Positions 14,331 through 24,999 are shown, counted from the first letter of the whole stretch. The stretch: 63,632 nucleotides of DNA, filler included, from Octopus bimaculoides (GCF_001194135.2; 5 parts of 5 records of this genome joined end to end with filler, not necessarily neighbours in it); one strand, 5' to 3'. Numbers and translations are program-made. Notes: generated by a model not told the origin, from the letters alone.

Positions 14331-14984
14331 AAGAGATTAAATGTAGTAACAGCCCCTTCACTTTTCTATCGCCACATAAGTTTTTAATCATTTATGTAAA
14401 CAAAAATATATTAGCCCAATAAAGAACTCCTTCAGTGCTACAGCGTTAAATATTCAATTCATAAATGGTAACAATCCATTTGGATTTTTGTGAATTCAGG
14501 TTTAGGTCAATTGTGAGAAGCGAACATATTTTAGTCCTCTTTAAACAGCGGAGTGAAATCAGATCGGTTCAATAGTTATAATGGATATTGATATCTTATA
14601 GGTAAAGGATCGCTAAATTGAGTTTGTAGATAGCATATGTTTGGAGAAATAATAATATAACTAGAAAAATAGCATAGAAACACAATAAAACAGGTTGCAT
14701 ATACAGTGATTAGAAAATATTTATTCATTATATGTACATCTTATTTTATTTTATTTCATTTATGATTTCTTCATATTATAATAATGCCATATGCAAAAAT
14801 GAAAATGGACACTTGTCCCTCCTAATATATCAAAGTTTAATTTGATTTGTAAATGGGGAATTCTCAGTGTATATAATATTATATGAACTTATCTATGCCT
14901 TCTGAACTATTCAGTTCATCTCCTAATTTAATATTACTATTCGTTGCCACTTTCACGTGGTCATTTACACTTTTGTGTGCAGGT

Positions 14985-15070
14985 TGACTCTACCTCTAAC
15001 TCTAACCTTAATCCTAACCACTAAATCTAAAACTTAATACTTACCTTACACCCTAACCCTAACCATAACA
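14985..15070. repeat. Degenerate (CCCTAA)n telomere-like hexamer tract
   Basis: ctctaactctaaccttaatcctaacc...accctaaccctaaccataac. Confidence 0.6.
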
Positions 15071-15696
15071 GAAATCAGGTTCTTTCACAGCGTGAATTAC
15101 AGCTACAACTGTAGCGGATATGTTAAAGTCGCTCCTATCATTCGTTAATAAGGATTGCTGTTGATAAATCGGAAGTGTTCTATTACTAAGCGAAAATTTG
15201 GCCATTTTAGCAAGTAGTAATTTGAGTTACAACTCTTCAAAAATACAGCATTTTAAATCGAAAGAGCTGGTATATGATGGAGATATTTAGCTCATTTAGG
15301 AAACAAAATGTTATATCTGGTAAAACGGTAGCTTTTAATTTTTGTACGCAACTTCAGTATACTATCAAAGAATTTTAAATAAAACAAAATGCTCAGATAA
15401 TATATATCCCTGCCTAATACAAGTTTGACTTAAATAAATAAAAAAATGTGTATGCAATACCTGTTGCTACGCAGGCAAAACAATAGCAATATTAAATTAA
15501 AGAATTTGTTTTGGCTGCTGGTATTAAGATTCAAATAAAAGTTTCTTCCTCTTGAGGCAATATGAAAATATATGAAAATACAAAAGCCATGTATAGGTAA
15601 ACTTTGTACAGAAAGGAATAATCTTATTGGTTTTGAGAAAACATTTAACAAATTATGAATACGTGCACACACTACATCCTATCCATACAGACACAC

Positions 15697-15804
<108 letters not shown>

Positions 15805-16875
15805 ATATATAATGTGAGTGCGGTCAAACACAAATAGCTAGAGTTTGTAATTCAGGCGAACAAAAATATTTAAACATATTAAGGTCTATTAAAATATATT
15901 AAATGATAACCCTCTAGCGTAGTAAGGTATCTAATATACGAATAACAATAGTCTTTAGAAATTAAATATTTACAAACGTACCTATACACAAATATGCATG
16001 CGCAAACATCTGACAATGCAGAATTCTTCATGATCGATAGACTTCTTTCTCAAAATTAGCGTGCAAGGAACCAATATAGTTAGTTTTGAAATCAAAATGG
16101 CAGAATTAAATCGTATATCTATTAAGGTAACATTGTCACTTGAAAGGTTGTGTCAAACACATAATAGTTATGTGTGTAAACTCCATATTATTATTGAGGG
16201 CAAAGAGGTAAATGTTAATAGAATGGAATTGTAAAATTCAATACACGGTATATAAAGCAGAATACATTAATCTAAAAGAAATTGTGTGAAAATGAATATA
16301 ATAGAATGATAGCTACATAATGAAAGACTTCAAGATATTTCGGATTGGAATGAAATTATACAGAACAACGTTAAAAAGTAATATAAAGATGGTGTAACAG
16401 ATTTTATAGTAAATATGGCATACACCAAGGAGCAAATATAAAGAACACCGCCGAACAATCATCAAATAACTTTTGTATATGATGCTAAAAGATCAGTTCA
16501 ATCGGACGTGGTTGAGTGTCATCATTTGTACAAAAATTAAGTTCAGCGTACTTAAAATTTAATGAAGCTTTATAAATAGACAGACGCGTTAATATAAAAT
16601 TGCTGATATGTTAATACTGAAATGAATACAAATATTAAATAGATAAAAATTGAACCTACGTTTCAAATATCAAATTAATAGCATGAATTGAAAAGGACAA
16701 ATACTTTTATAGTCAACTATATGTGTGTCTAACGTTATAGTATAGTATAGAGTCATTGGTAGATAATTTCAAAATATAACTGGTGTTCCAAATACTGAAA
16801 TTGTTTACTTAAAATATATGTATTACAAGGAGGTAGATGTGCATATTCCATGTAATATTGACAGTTGTGATATGT

Positions 16876-16916
<41 letters not shown>

Positions 16917-16941
16917 AATCACTTACCATAAATTCTGTCTC

Positions 16942-16974
<33 letters not shown>

Positions 16975-17021
16975 CATACACACACACACACACACATTGA
17001 TTGACCGTTGACTGAACACTA

Positions 17022-17190
17022 TTCAATTTTTTTTCTCCGTGTTTTTCTCCTTGTCTCCGTATTCTTTCTGTTGAAGAGCGTAGCTCGAAACGTCAAAGAC
17101 TTTCCGTATTCCCGAGCGTCATACTAATATATACTTTTGTTATTTACACCACCTGTCCTCGTCTGTTGTTATTTTTTGTATATTCTCCCA
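17022..17190 (+). mobile_element. Short pseudo-LTR-like repeat carrying a hammerhead-like motif (copy 1)
   Basis: Paralogous to 17370-17490 (+) and 58619-58697 (-); flanked by (CA)n/(TA)n; upstream of the PLE ORF. Confidence 0.7.
17063..17099 (+). ncRNA. Minimal type I hammerhead ribozyme-like motif with variant core (CUGUUGA)
   Basis: tcttt-CTGTTGA-A-GAGC gta GCTC-GAAA-C-GTC-aaaga: helix I tcttt/aaaga, helix II GAGC/GCTC, palindromic ACGT helix III, GUC triplet. Same architecture as PLE-associated minimal hammerheads. Activity untested. Confidence 0.6.
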
Positions 17191-17234
17191 TATATATATA
17201 TATATATAAGCATACGTACATATATGTATGTATA

Positions 17235-17345
17235 TATTCACCATGCTCGTCGTCCCCCTAACTTAGCGATTCGAGAAAAGATGACGATAGAATAAAAACT
17301 AGGCTTACAAATGATAAACCTTGGGGTCAGTTTCTTCGCTATGCT
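17235..17345 (+). mobile_element. SINE family A 3' module fragment between the two pLTR-like repeats
   Basis: cccctaacttagcgattcgagaaaagatgacgatagaataaaaactaggcttacaaa matches the family A tail. Confidence 0.7.
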
Positions 17346-17399
17346 AGCACGCTGTAGTTTAAAAGTTTTTTCATTCTTTCTCTGTTCATGTTCTCTCAT

Positions 17400-17438
17400 T
17401 CCTTTCTGTTGTAGAGCGTAGGCTCGAAACGTAAAGGA
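17400..17438 (+). ncRNA. Second, more degenerate hammerhead-like motif
   Basis: tccttt-CTGTTGT-A-GAGC gtag GCTC-GAAA-CGT-aaagga; helix I covaries relative to copy 1; core position 9 mutated and the cleavage nucleotide is apparently missing or shifted. Confidence 0.45.
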
Positions 17439-17819
17439 CATTATCATTTTCCCGAACGTCAAACTAATATACCTGCTTCCTGTTCATATAATGAGAATAA
17501 AGAGAAGAGCAGATATCAACTCGGGATTTGCGAGTTGATATTCAAGCTACCTGGCCTGAATGTAATGACATCAGTGGATTCAGATAAAGCTAGAAGAGCA
17601 GCGGAAAGGGCAGAACATACCCTCGTCCATGAGAGGAGTCATTAGAACCGTTGGAAAAACAACAATTTAATAACGAAATCAAAGAGAGGTTATATTCATT
17701 ACTTAGGAAAATAACCAGAGATGATGATAGAAAGAGAATCCAACAAGCTCTAGAAAAGTCGTACATGAAAGAATTTGAAACGCCAGATTAAGAAGTTTAT
17801 GAAACACAAATGTCAGTGA

Positions 17820-18035
17820 ATGAAGACTGAAGTCCGTCCCCCACTTCTGAAAGCAGTAATTAATGTAAGTAGCCGACATCTAGAAAGCTCTGAAGAAGCA
17901 GTACTAAACAAAGGTCTCAACTTTGCGACAAGCATAACGCGCATTTCATACTTGGAAATAATAGCCCGTATTGAAGAGATAGCCTTAATGATACCAAAAG
18001 CTCAGGGAGATGAACTAAGGTGGAACGTGAGATAG
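17820..18035 (+). pseudogene. PLE ORF N-terminal fragment
   Basis: NVSSRHLESSEEAVLNKGLNFA matches the conserved PLE pre-RT block (NLS...L...E..VL.KGLNFA). Confidence 0.85.
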
Positions 18036-18230
18036 GTACTAGAAAAAGCGAAACTTCTCAAACCAAACATCACTAAGGAAGAAACGTTCGCTATCAAAAA
18101 ACTAGAGTGATAATTCCATCATAATACTTCCAGAAGACAAGGGAAATGCTACAGTGGTGATGAACAAGTCTGACGACACGGAAAAACTGGCAAGTGATGG
18201 TAACTACAGCAAAGTAAAGAAAACCCTACT

Positions 18231-18602
18231 TTGAAAAGAGAGAGGAAGATGTCACAGATCATGATCAATAACATGAATCGCGTTACACCAATGGAGTACA
18301 GACAACTGACTCAGCACTACATTAAACTACCACACATGCACGGTCTTCCTAATATTCACAAGGATGGTATTCCATTAAGACCTATAGTGAGCTGTAGAGG
18401 TTCAGCATGTCATCCACTGAGCCGCTTCCTTGTGGATATAATCAGTCCATTAGCAGGAAAGTCAACATCGTACATGAAAAATTCCCCCCATTTCACAGAA
18501 TTAATCAAGGATACTCCCATTGAATCCAAACAGATGGTGAGCCTAGATGTGATAAGTCTGTCCGCCAAAGTCCCGACTGGTGAAGCACAATCGGTGATTT
18601 AA
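18231..18602 (+). pseudogene. PLE reverse transcriptase fragment (motifs 1-3)
   Basis: PHMHGLPNIHKDGIPLRPIVS...MVSLDVISLSAKVP. Confidence 0.9.
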
Positions 18603-18743
18603 GAAAAACTAGTGACAGACACCCATCTAAACGAACGCACTAGTATACCAATAAGAAACCTGATGGAAATATTGACCTTCTGTGTAGAAACTACCTACTT
18701 CAGTATGGACACTGATATATATCGAAAGAAAGAGAGTTAATCT

Positions 18744-19334
18744 ATGGGTTCGCCATTATCAACGATATTAGCCAATATATACATGGAATACGTTGAAAAT
18801 TTGGCTTTAAGATCGACACCACTAAAACCAACCCTATGGCTGCGATATGTTGATGACACCGTCAAACTCTGGCTCCACCAGGAAGATGTCCAACCGCTGT
18901 TAAATCATGTGAACTCAATAAAACCATCCATAGAGTTCACAATGGAAAAAGAAAAAGACAATCAGCTGGCATTCCTGGACGTATTAATAACACGCACCAA
19001 GTATGGATTCAGGACATCCGTATACCGCAAGCCGACCTTCACTGGACGATACCACAACTTCAATTCCCACCATCCATACAGTGTAAAGAGAGGAATTGCT
19101 CAGTGCCTAAAACATCGAGCAATGGATATAAGTAGCGATCGTGATACCCACCACGAAAAAATGATCAAGCTCAGTAACAATCTATTTAGCAACAACTACC
19201 ATAAAAGCATACTTTCCACTCCAATTATGAACAAAAGAAAGGATGATACCAATAAACTGTCCACAGTCTGTCTACCCAATATCCACAGTCTGTCTACCCA
19301 ATATCCACTGTCTGTCTACCCAATATCCACATAG
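18744..19334 (+). pseudogene. PLE reverse transcriptase fragment (motifs 4-7 and thumb)
   Basis: MGSPLS, RYVDDT catalytic motif, FLDVLI, YRKPT, NSHHP; the C-terminal end is corrupted by a 22-bp triplication. Confidence 0.92.
19261..19331 (+). repeat. 22-bp tandem triplication at the PLE 3' break
   Basis: ccacagtctgtctacccaatat x3 (19261, 19283, 19305; third copy has 1 mismatch) plus ccaca. Confidence 0.95.
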
Positions 19335-19679
19335 AATACGTATACGTATATTTACCATTAAATAAACCCCAAATATATAGTTGTTTAATACAACTACTAT
19401 GTTTACATAAATGCTGCATATAATCTTTCAGATTATAAAATTTTATAATCCAGCATTAATGGCTGTTGATTCTTTTAATATATTTCAATATATGAATATA
19501 AAAATTCAAACTACCCGTATATATTGATATCTATTCTAACCCTGAAACTTATAAACATATTTCTATAGTGAAAAACAAGCTAATTTGCATTTTTATAATA
19601 AATAATGAAATGATTAACCATATATAACAAAATAGGGAGATTACTAGTTACTCTATTTTTTCCCCTAGGGAATTTATCC

Positions 19680-20154
19680 TGTAACACTGGCTTTTAATTT
19701 CTATAGCATTTCGTAAGTAAGTACAATATCGATTTTAAAAAATATATATCTAATATTTCTAAATATCAAATATTTTTCTTAGAACACCGGAAATTGTATC
19801 CTAAATAATTTAATCCTAAATGACACCAATGTTATAATTTGTTGCTGTACTACCTCTAGAAAACCTTATCGTAGAATACAATACACCACTCATGTTAAGT
19901 TATATTTGTTTTCATCTCATCTTGCTGTAATACTGGCTTTTAATTTCTCTAGATTTTGGTAAGTGAGTACTATATAGTTATTTTTATATACCTAATATTT
20001 ATAAAGACCATATATTTTTTTTCTGAGAGCACCGGAAATTATATCCTAACAAATTTAATCCTAAATAACATCAATCTTATAATTTTTCTCTGTACTACTT
20101 CTAGAAAACATTATCGTAGAATACAGCACGCCACTCATGTTAAGTTATATTTGT
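19680..20154 (+). repeat. Diverged tandem duplication, period about 246 bp, 2 units
   Basis: Shared blocks actggcttttaatttct, caccggaaatt, ttatcgtagaataca and ccactcatgttaagttatatttgt at 19680-19909 and 19926-20154. Confidence 0.9.
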
Positions 20155-20212
20155 ACTCACCCCAACCTTCTTCAATAAATTTTATATATATAAATATAAA
20201 TATATTTCTCTG

Positions 20213-20284
20213 TAGTATTTCCAAAACTTATAGTATTTCCAAAACTTATAGTATTTCCAAAACTTATAGTATTTCCAAAACTTA
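20213..20284 (+). repeat. Perfect 18-bp minisatellite x4
   Basis: tagtatttccaaaactta repeated four times with no spacers. Confidence 0.95.
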
Positions 20285-20988
20285 TAATATAAACATACAT
20301 TTCCTAATCTAATTCTTTGTATATTACACACCTCATAATAAAGTTACATCTCTCTTTCTACTATCTCCCTTATATAAATATATTTAAATTTAAATGGCAA
20401 TAATCGATATATTTTTCAAATAAATTTGATGTTTTAGCAGCATTTCAACGTTCAATATTAGCTAAATTTTAAACGATAAATTTCTATTCACATTAACTGG
20501 GCGTCCTAATAAGTTGTTTGTTTATATCTGAAAATTCCTAAATATCGTCCTAAAATATGTCATTTTGTAATTCAAGACCGAATATATACTTACTTTTCCT
20601 GACGATATCCGACAATACATCGTTTATTACATCTATAAAAGATACAATTATTGATGATTGAAATATATTGTCTGATTGAAACATATGTAGAACATTTTTA
20701 GATAATTTGGGGTTGTTTTGTTGATGCTGTTCCTTTTATACTTATTCTTATAGGTATATCTTTTAATCTTTTAATTTGCATTGCTTTTCCATTGTGATAG
20801 AAATAAAATGAAGCAAGCATCATGTATATATTTTTGCTTCTCCATTTTCTTTTATTGACTTTATAAGTTATGAGACCGTTTATACATATATATTGGAGAA
20901 CTTCCTATCAATATATTTGGTTAAATCCAGTTGGCATCTGGATTGTTTTTAACAATCCCTTACAGGGGGTATTGGTTCCTCAAATTTG

Positions 20989-21053
<65 letters not shown>

Positions 21054-22656
21054 GTGTGTGTGTATAAAATTCAAATGAAGCATGAAAAGACGCAACCGTT
21101 TCAGAAAATTTAATGGAAGGCAGGTAGATCGGTTCGACATTCAACTCCTCTACCCTTTCGGTGTGGTTGGGTTGGATGCAACAGGGCTGTCGAAACGTGA
21201 AGAGACTTGTTGACCAAGTGAAACAAAGAGCACTAACATTACATAAGGCCTCGAAATAATTTGATAGGAAATTACTGATGCAAGAGCTGGGAGAGGTGTA
21301 AATATATAGGCCAGATATTTTAATAGCCAGAGCCAAAAGCATGCAAAGGTCTGGGCCAAAATAGAAATTCTTTGCAGCCGAAAACAGCTGGATACCGACA
21401 TAATATATATTAGATGAGCAGTATACATTGCAATGTAGCATCATAATTGTAGTCACTGAAGCGAGAATGAGATTCATTCTGTTCCGATATCGATGTCAAT
21501 GGCTTCCTTAGAGATTAAAGGCCAGTGCAATAATACGATAGTTGGGTAGATCAAATGGTTTAGATATCTATGGAGTGAGACACATAGAAGCATCCAAAAG
21601 AGAAGGATGTATCCTCGTAGTGTGTGAGAGATGAAAGAAGTCTGTAAGTATAAGGGTTTATTCCGGGGCACAAAGTATGAGTAGGATGGTAATGCTGCTA
21701 GTGGAGCAACTACATAGAAAAAGACGAGGAAGCCCATTATACACAGAGGAAAGTATTGTAATATACGAATAGAACTCAGTTTATTTGGAGGATTATTACA
21801 GGGTGAACGGTGCTCGAATGCATTTTGTTTGTTTCTATTTTTGTTTAGTTTTTATTGGTGAGAAGCATATTCCAGACTTGCAAGTGTGACTGGCATAAAC
21901 TTTTGTAGCCAAAGGTTTTTGCACATACACGCTGTAGCTCAGCTGTTGAGTCAATTTGCCGAAAGATAAAATTTAATTAACACAGGTGAGTAGCTTTCTT
22001 AGTTCTTCCTACAAAAATAAGAAACTCAGCTCTTATAACCCACGCAGCACTTCATACATTTACAGAAATTCCGTCTCTTTATATGTGTAAATTCACTTTA
22101 AATCTCGTACTTATATACTGCTGACTAAATTAGAAGAATGTGAATGCCGTGTCTTGTTCATGGAGACAAAATTGTGGTAGTAAATGGATAACAACCGGTG
22201 ACACTTCTCGTTGTACGGAATATTATCCAGTCTGTCGGCTGAAAATAAATATGAACATATATGTGGACAAGAATCACGCAGTAATGGTCAAATCAGAAAT
22301 TAGTGATTTATTGATATACTCTTCAATCTACCATCCCCGTCAGCAAATCTTTGTTGCAAACAACGTAAGACTATTAAAGTATTACGCTACTTAGCAAGAA
22401 CTGTTAAATCTACTGTGCAATATTATTATCATTTTCCACAAATATATTTAATCTTATAACATTTTAGAAATATTTGCGACCTACTGACATAAATATTTGC
22501 TTTAACCTGCGGCTACGAAATTAAAGATACAAAGTCACATGTTTACTTATAATAAGATGGACACACTGCCACAGACTACGTACATTTATGCAGACCTACA
22601 GACTCCCGCACATATACATATATAAATACACACATATATGTAATATATATATCAAA

Positions 22657-22743
<87 letters not shown>

Positions 22744-22787
22744 NNNNNNNNNNNNNNNNNNNNNNNNNNNNNNNNNNNNNNNNNNNN

Positions 22788-22799
22788 TTAATTAATTAA
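22788..22799. other. Assembly linker TTAATTAATTAA inside N padding (also 40574-40585, 56106-56117, 62285-62296)
   Basis: Identical 12-mer centred in four gaps of about 100 nt; a scaffolding artefact, not biological sequence. Confidence 0.92.
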
Positions 22800-22926
22800 N
22801 NNNNNNNNNNNNNNNNNNNNNNNNNNNNNNNNNNNNNNNNNNNACGTACAAATACATACATAATACATACATACATACGCACACAGACACGCCCCCCCCA
22901 TATATATATATATATATATATACTAC

Positions 22927-23080
22927 TTTTAGTTTCCGTCAACCAAATCCACACACAAGGCTTTGGTCATCCCGAGGCTATAGCAGAAGACACTTATCCA
23001 AGCTGCTAGTGCAGTAGGACTGAACCCGGAACCAGGTGGTTGGGAAGGAAACTTCTTACCACACAACCACAGCTGCGCCT
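22927..23080 (-). mobile_element. SINE family A 5' half
   Basis: Reverse complement of the tRNA head and CORE-like segment (ttccgggttcagtcctactgc...cttggataagtgtcttctgctatagcc). Confidence 0.85.
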
Positions 23081-23094
23081 TCACACAGTCACGC

Positions 23095-23300
23095 GTGTGG
23101 ATTTGTGTTCGTCCCCACACCGCTTGACAGCCGCTGTTGGTGTGTTTACGTTCCCGTAACCTTGTGGTTCGGCAAAAGAGACAGTTAAATTAAGTACCAG
23201 ACCTAGAAAAAGATCACTAGGATCGACTAAAACCTTTTCAAGGCTGCTCCCGAGCAGGGCCGCACTCTAAAGATTGAAACTAGGTAAAAGAAAAAAGAAA
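23095..23300 (+). mobile_element. SINE family A 3' half
   Basis: tttgtgttcgtccccacaccgcttgacagccgctgttggtgtgtttacg...gttcggcaaaagagac...gaaactaggtaaaaga. Confidence 0.85.
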
Positions 23301-23509
23301 GATGATATATGTGTGTGTGTGTGTGTGTGTGTGTTTGTGTGTGCATTTGCCCATATGTATGTACATGTACACATATTTATATTCAAGTTTGTCTTCAATG
23401 TGTATGTTTAGGAATATATATGGGTACAGACAGACAGACATACATTACGCGCATACACATGTGTGTAGAGTAAGAAGGAGAGAAATAATTTGAGACAGAG
23501 AGAAGGGGA

Positions 23510-23545
23510 GAGAGGAAGACAAAGAGAGAGAGAGAGAGGGAGGGA

Positions 23546-23627
<82 letters not shown>

Positions 23628-23758
23628 GAAGGTGTAAGGGTATCCAGAAAATGTAAAATGTAGGGTGGTAGTGACATGTGTTTATGAGAAAGGAGGTGTG
23701 GGAAAATGGCAAGTGAGGAGAAAAAATGGCTGAGAGGAAGAAAGGGGGAAACGAGAAG

Positions 23759-23792
<34 letters not shown>

Positions 23793-23995
23793 AAGAGAGA
23801 AATAGAGAGAGGAAGGGAGAGAGAGAGAAAGAGTAATAGACAGAGGGAGATAGAGAGGAAGAGAGAGAGGGAGAAAGTGGAATAGAGAGAGAAAGATAGA
23901 GAGGAAATGAGAAAAAGGGGAATAGAGAGAGGAAGAGAGACAGATGGTGAGAGAGAGAGAGAGTGAGTGAGAGAGAGAGAGAGATGAGAAGGGAT
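23510..23995. repeat. Long purine-rich (GA)n tracts
   Basis: Direct reading: a perfect (GA)n block at about 23550-23624 and a degenerate block at about 23750-23995. Confidence 0.9.
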
Positions 23996-24212
23996 GAGAG
24001 TTAAAGGAAGAGGTACCGGGTGGATGTTTGTTTTTCTACCCTTTCTTTCTCTTCAAGGACGGCATTGTATTGTTTTAGATGAGAATTAGATAAGGGAAAC
24101 AGTACATACCCCACTATTACTTAGAATTACACGACGACGACGACGACGACCACCACCACCACCACCACCACCACCACCACCAAAACCACAGACGAAAAAC
24201 CGCTAAGCGTTT

Positions 24213-24447
24213 CTTATTTCTTTATTGCCCACAAGGGGCTAAACATAGAGGGGACAAACAAGGACAGACAATGGGATTAAGTCGATTACATCGACCCCAG
24301 TGCGTAACTGGCACTTAATTTATCGACCCCGAAAGGATGAAAGGCAAAGTCGACCTCGGCGGAATTTGAACTCAGAACGTAAAGACAGACGAAATACCAC
24401 TAAGCATTTTGCCTGGCATGCTAACGTTTCTGCCAGCTCGCCGCCTT
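24213..24447 (-). mobile_element. SINE family B (tRNA-like head plus Meta-like central domain), full length
   Basis: Reverse strand: aaggcggcgagctggcagaaacgttagc...gagttcaaattccgccgaggtcgactttgcctttcatcctttcggggtcgataaattaagt...cccttgtgggcaataaagaaataag. The Meta-domain label is from recalled resemblance only. Confidence 0.88.
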
Positions 24448-24999
24448 AGACGCAAAAATATTGGACCAAACATAGATTTTAAATACTTTTAAGAATAAAT
24501 GAATTAGATACAATATAAAACGCACACATGAAAGGAAATGTAAGTTTAGACTGAAAACAAAGTTAAATGCAAAAAATAAAGTATTAATTATACTGTCAGC
24601 AGTAATAAGTTAAATGGATATTATTCTCAATTGGGCGATAAATAAATTAGCAAAACTAGACAAAAAAGAAAAAAAAAGAGAAAAATAATGACTGTTTTAA
24701 AATACACCACCCAAAATCTGACATATTTACCACAAATACAAATAGGTAAGGCCTTAATGTGATTAGAAAACTGTTATCAAATATCCACTGTTGGACTATA
24801 AAAATATCTTGTAAACATGTAAAGAAGAATAGAAAAGTAACATCTAGAAAACACTAACATAAAAATGTTTTCTGTCTTTAAGAAAGCCAACAAATGTAAA
24901 ACAGATGCTAAGTGAAACAACTAATCAAAGTTAAAACTGTGACTAGAGAATGTCATACTAAAACCACGGTATGACCAATATCTATGAAAAAAAAGGAGA

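Larger units (their letters stand above)
17370..19331 (+). mobile_element. Penelope-like element (PLE), degenerate and 3'-truncated before the GIY-YIG endonuclease
   Basis: Fragmented ORF: KARRAAERAEHTLVHER; VINVSSRHLESSEEAVLNKGLNFA; LPHMHGLPNIHKDGIPLRPIVS; MVSLDVISL; MGSPLSTILANIYME; WLRYVDDT; IEFTMEKEKDNQLAFLDVLI; VYRKPTFTGRYHNFNSHHP. These are PLE RT signatures, broken by stops and frameshifts. Confidence 0.93.

Noticed and set aside
20213-20284. Short direct repeats as a possible CRISPR array
   Set aside because: No spacers between units, eukaryotic context, no cas genes.
21100-21740. More balanced-composition segment with ORFs 20980-21477, 21150-21428 and 21474-21737
   Set aside because: Might be an old TE fragment, but no motif could be assigned in the frames I translated.
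22788-22799. Recurrent palindromic TTAATTAATTAA motif
   Set aside because: Always centred in N padding of about 100 nt; an assembly linker.
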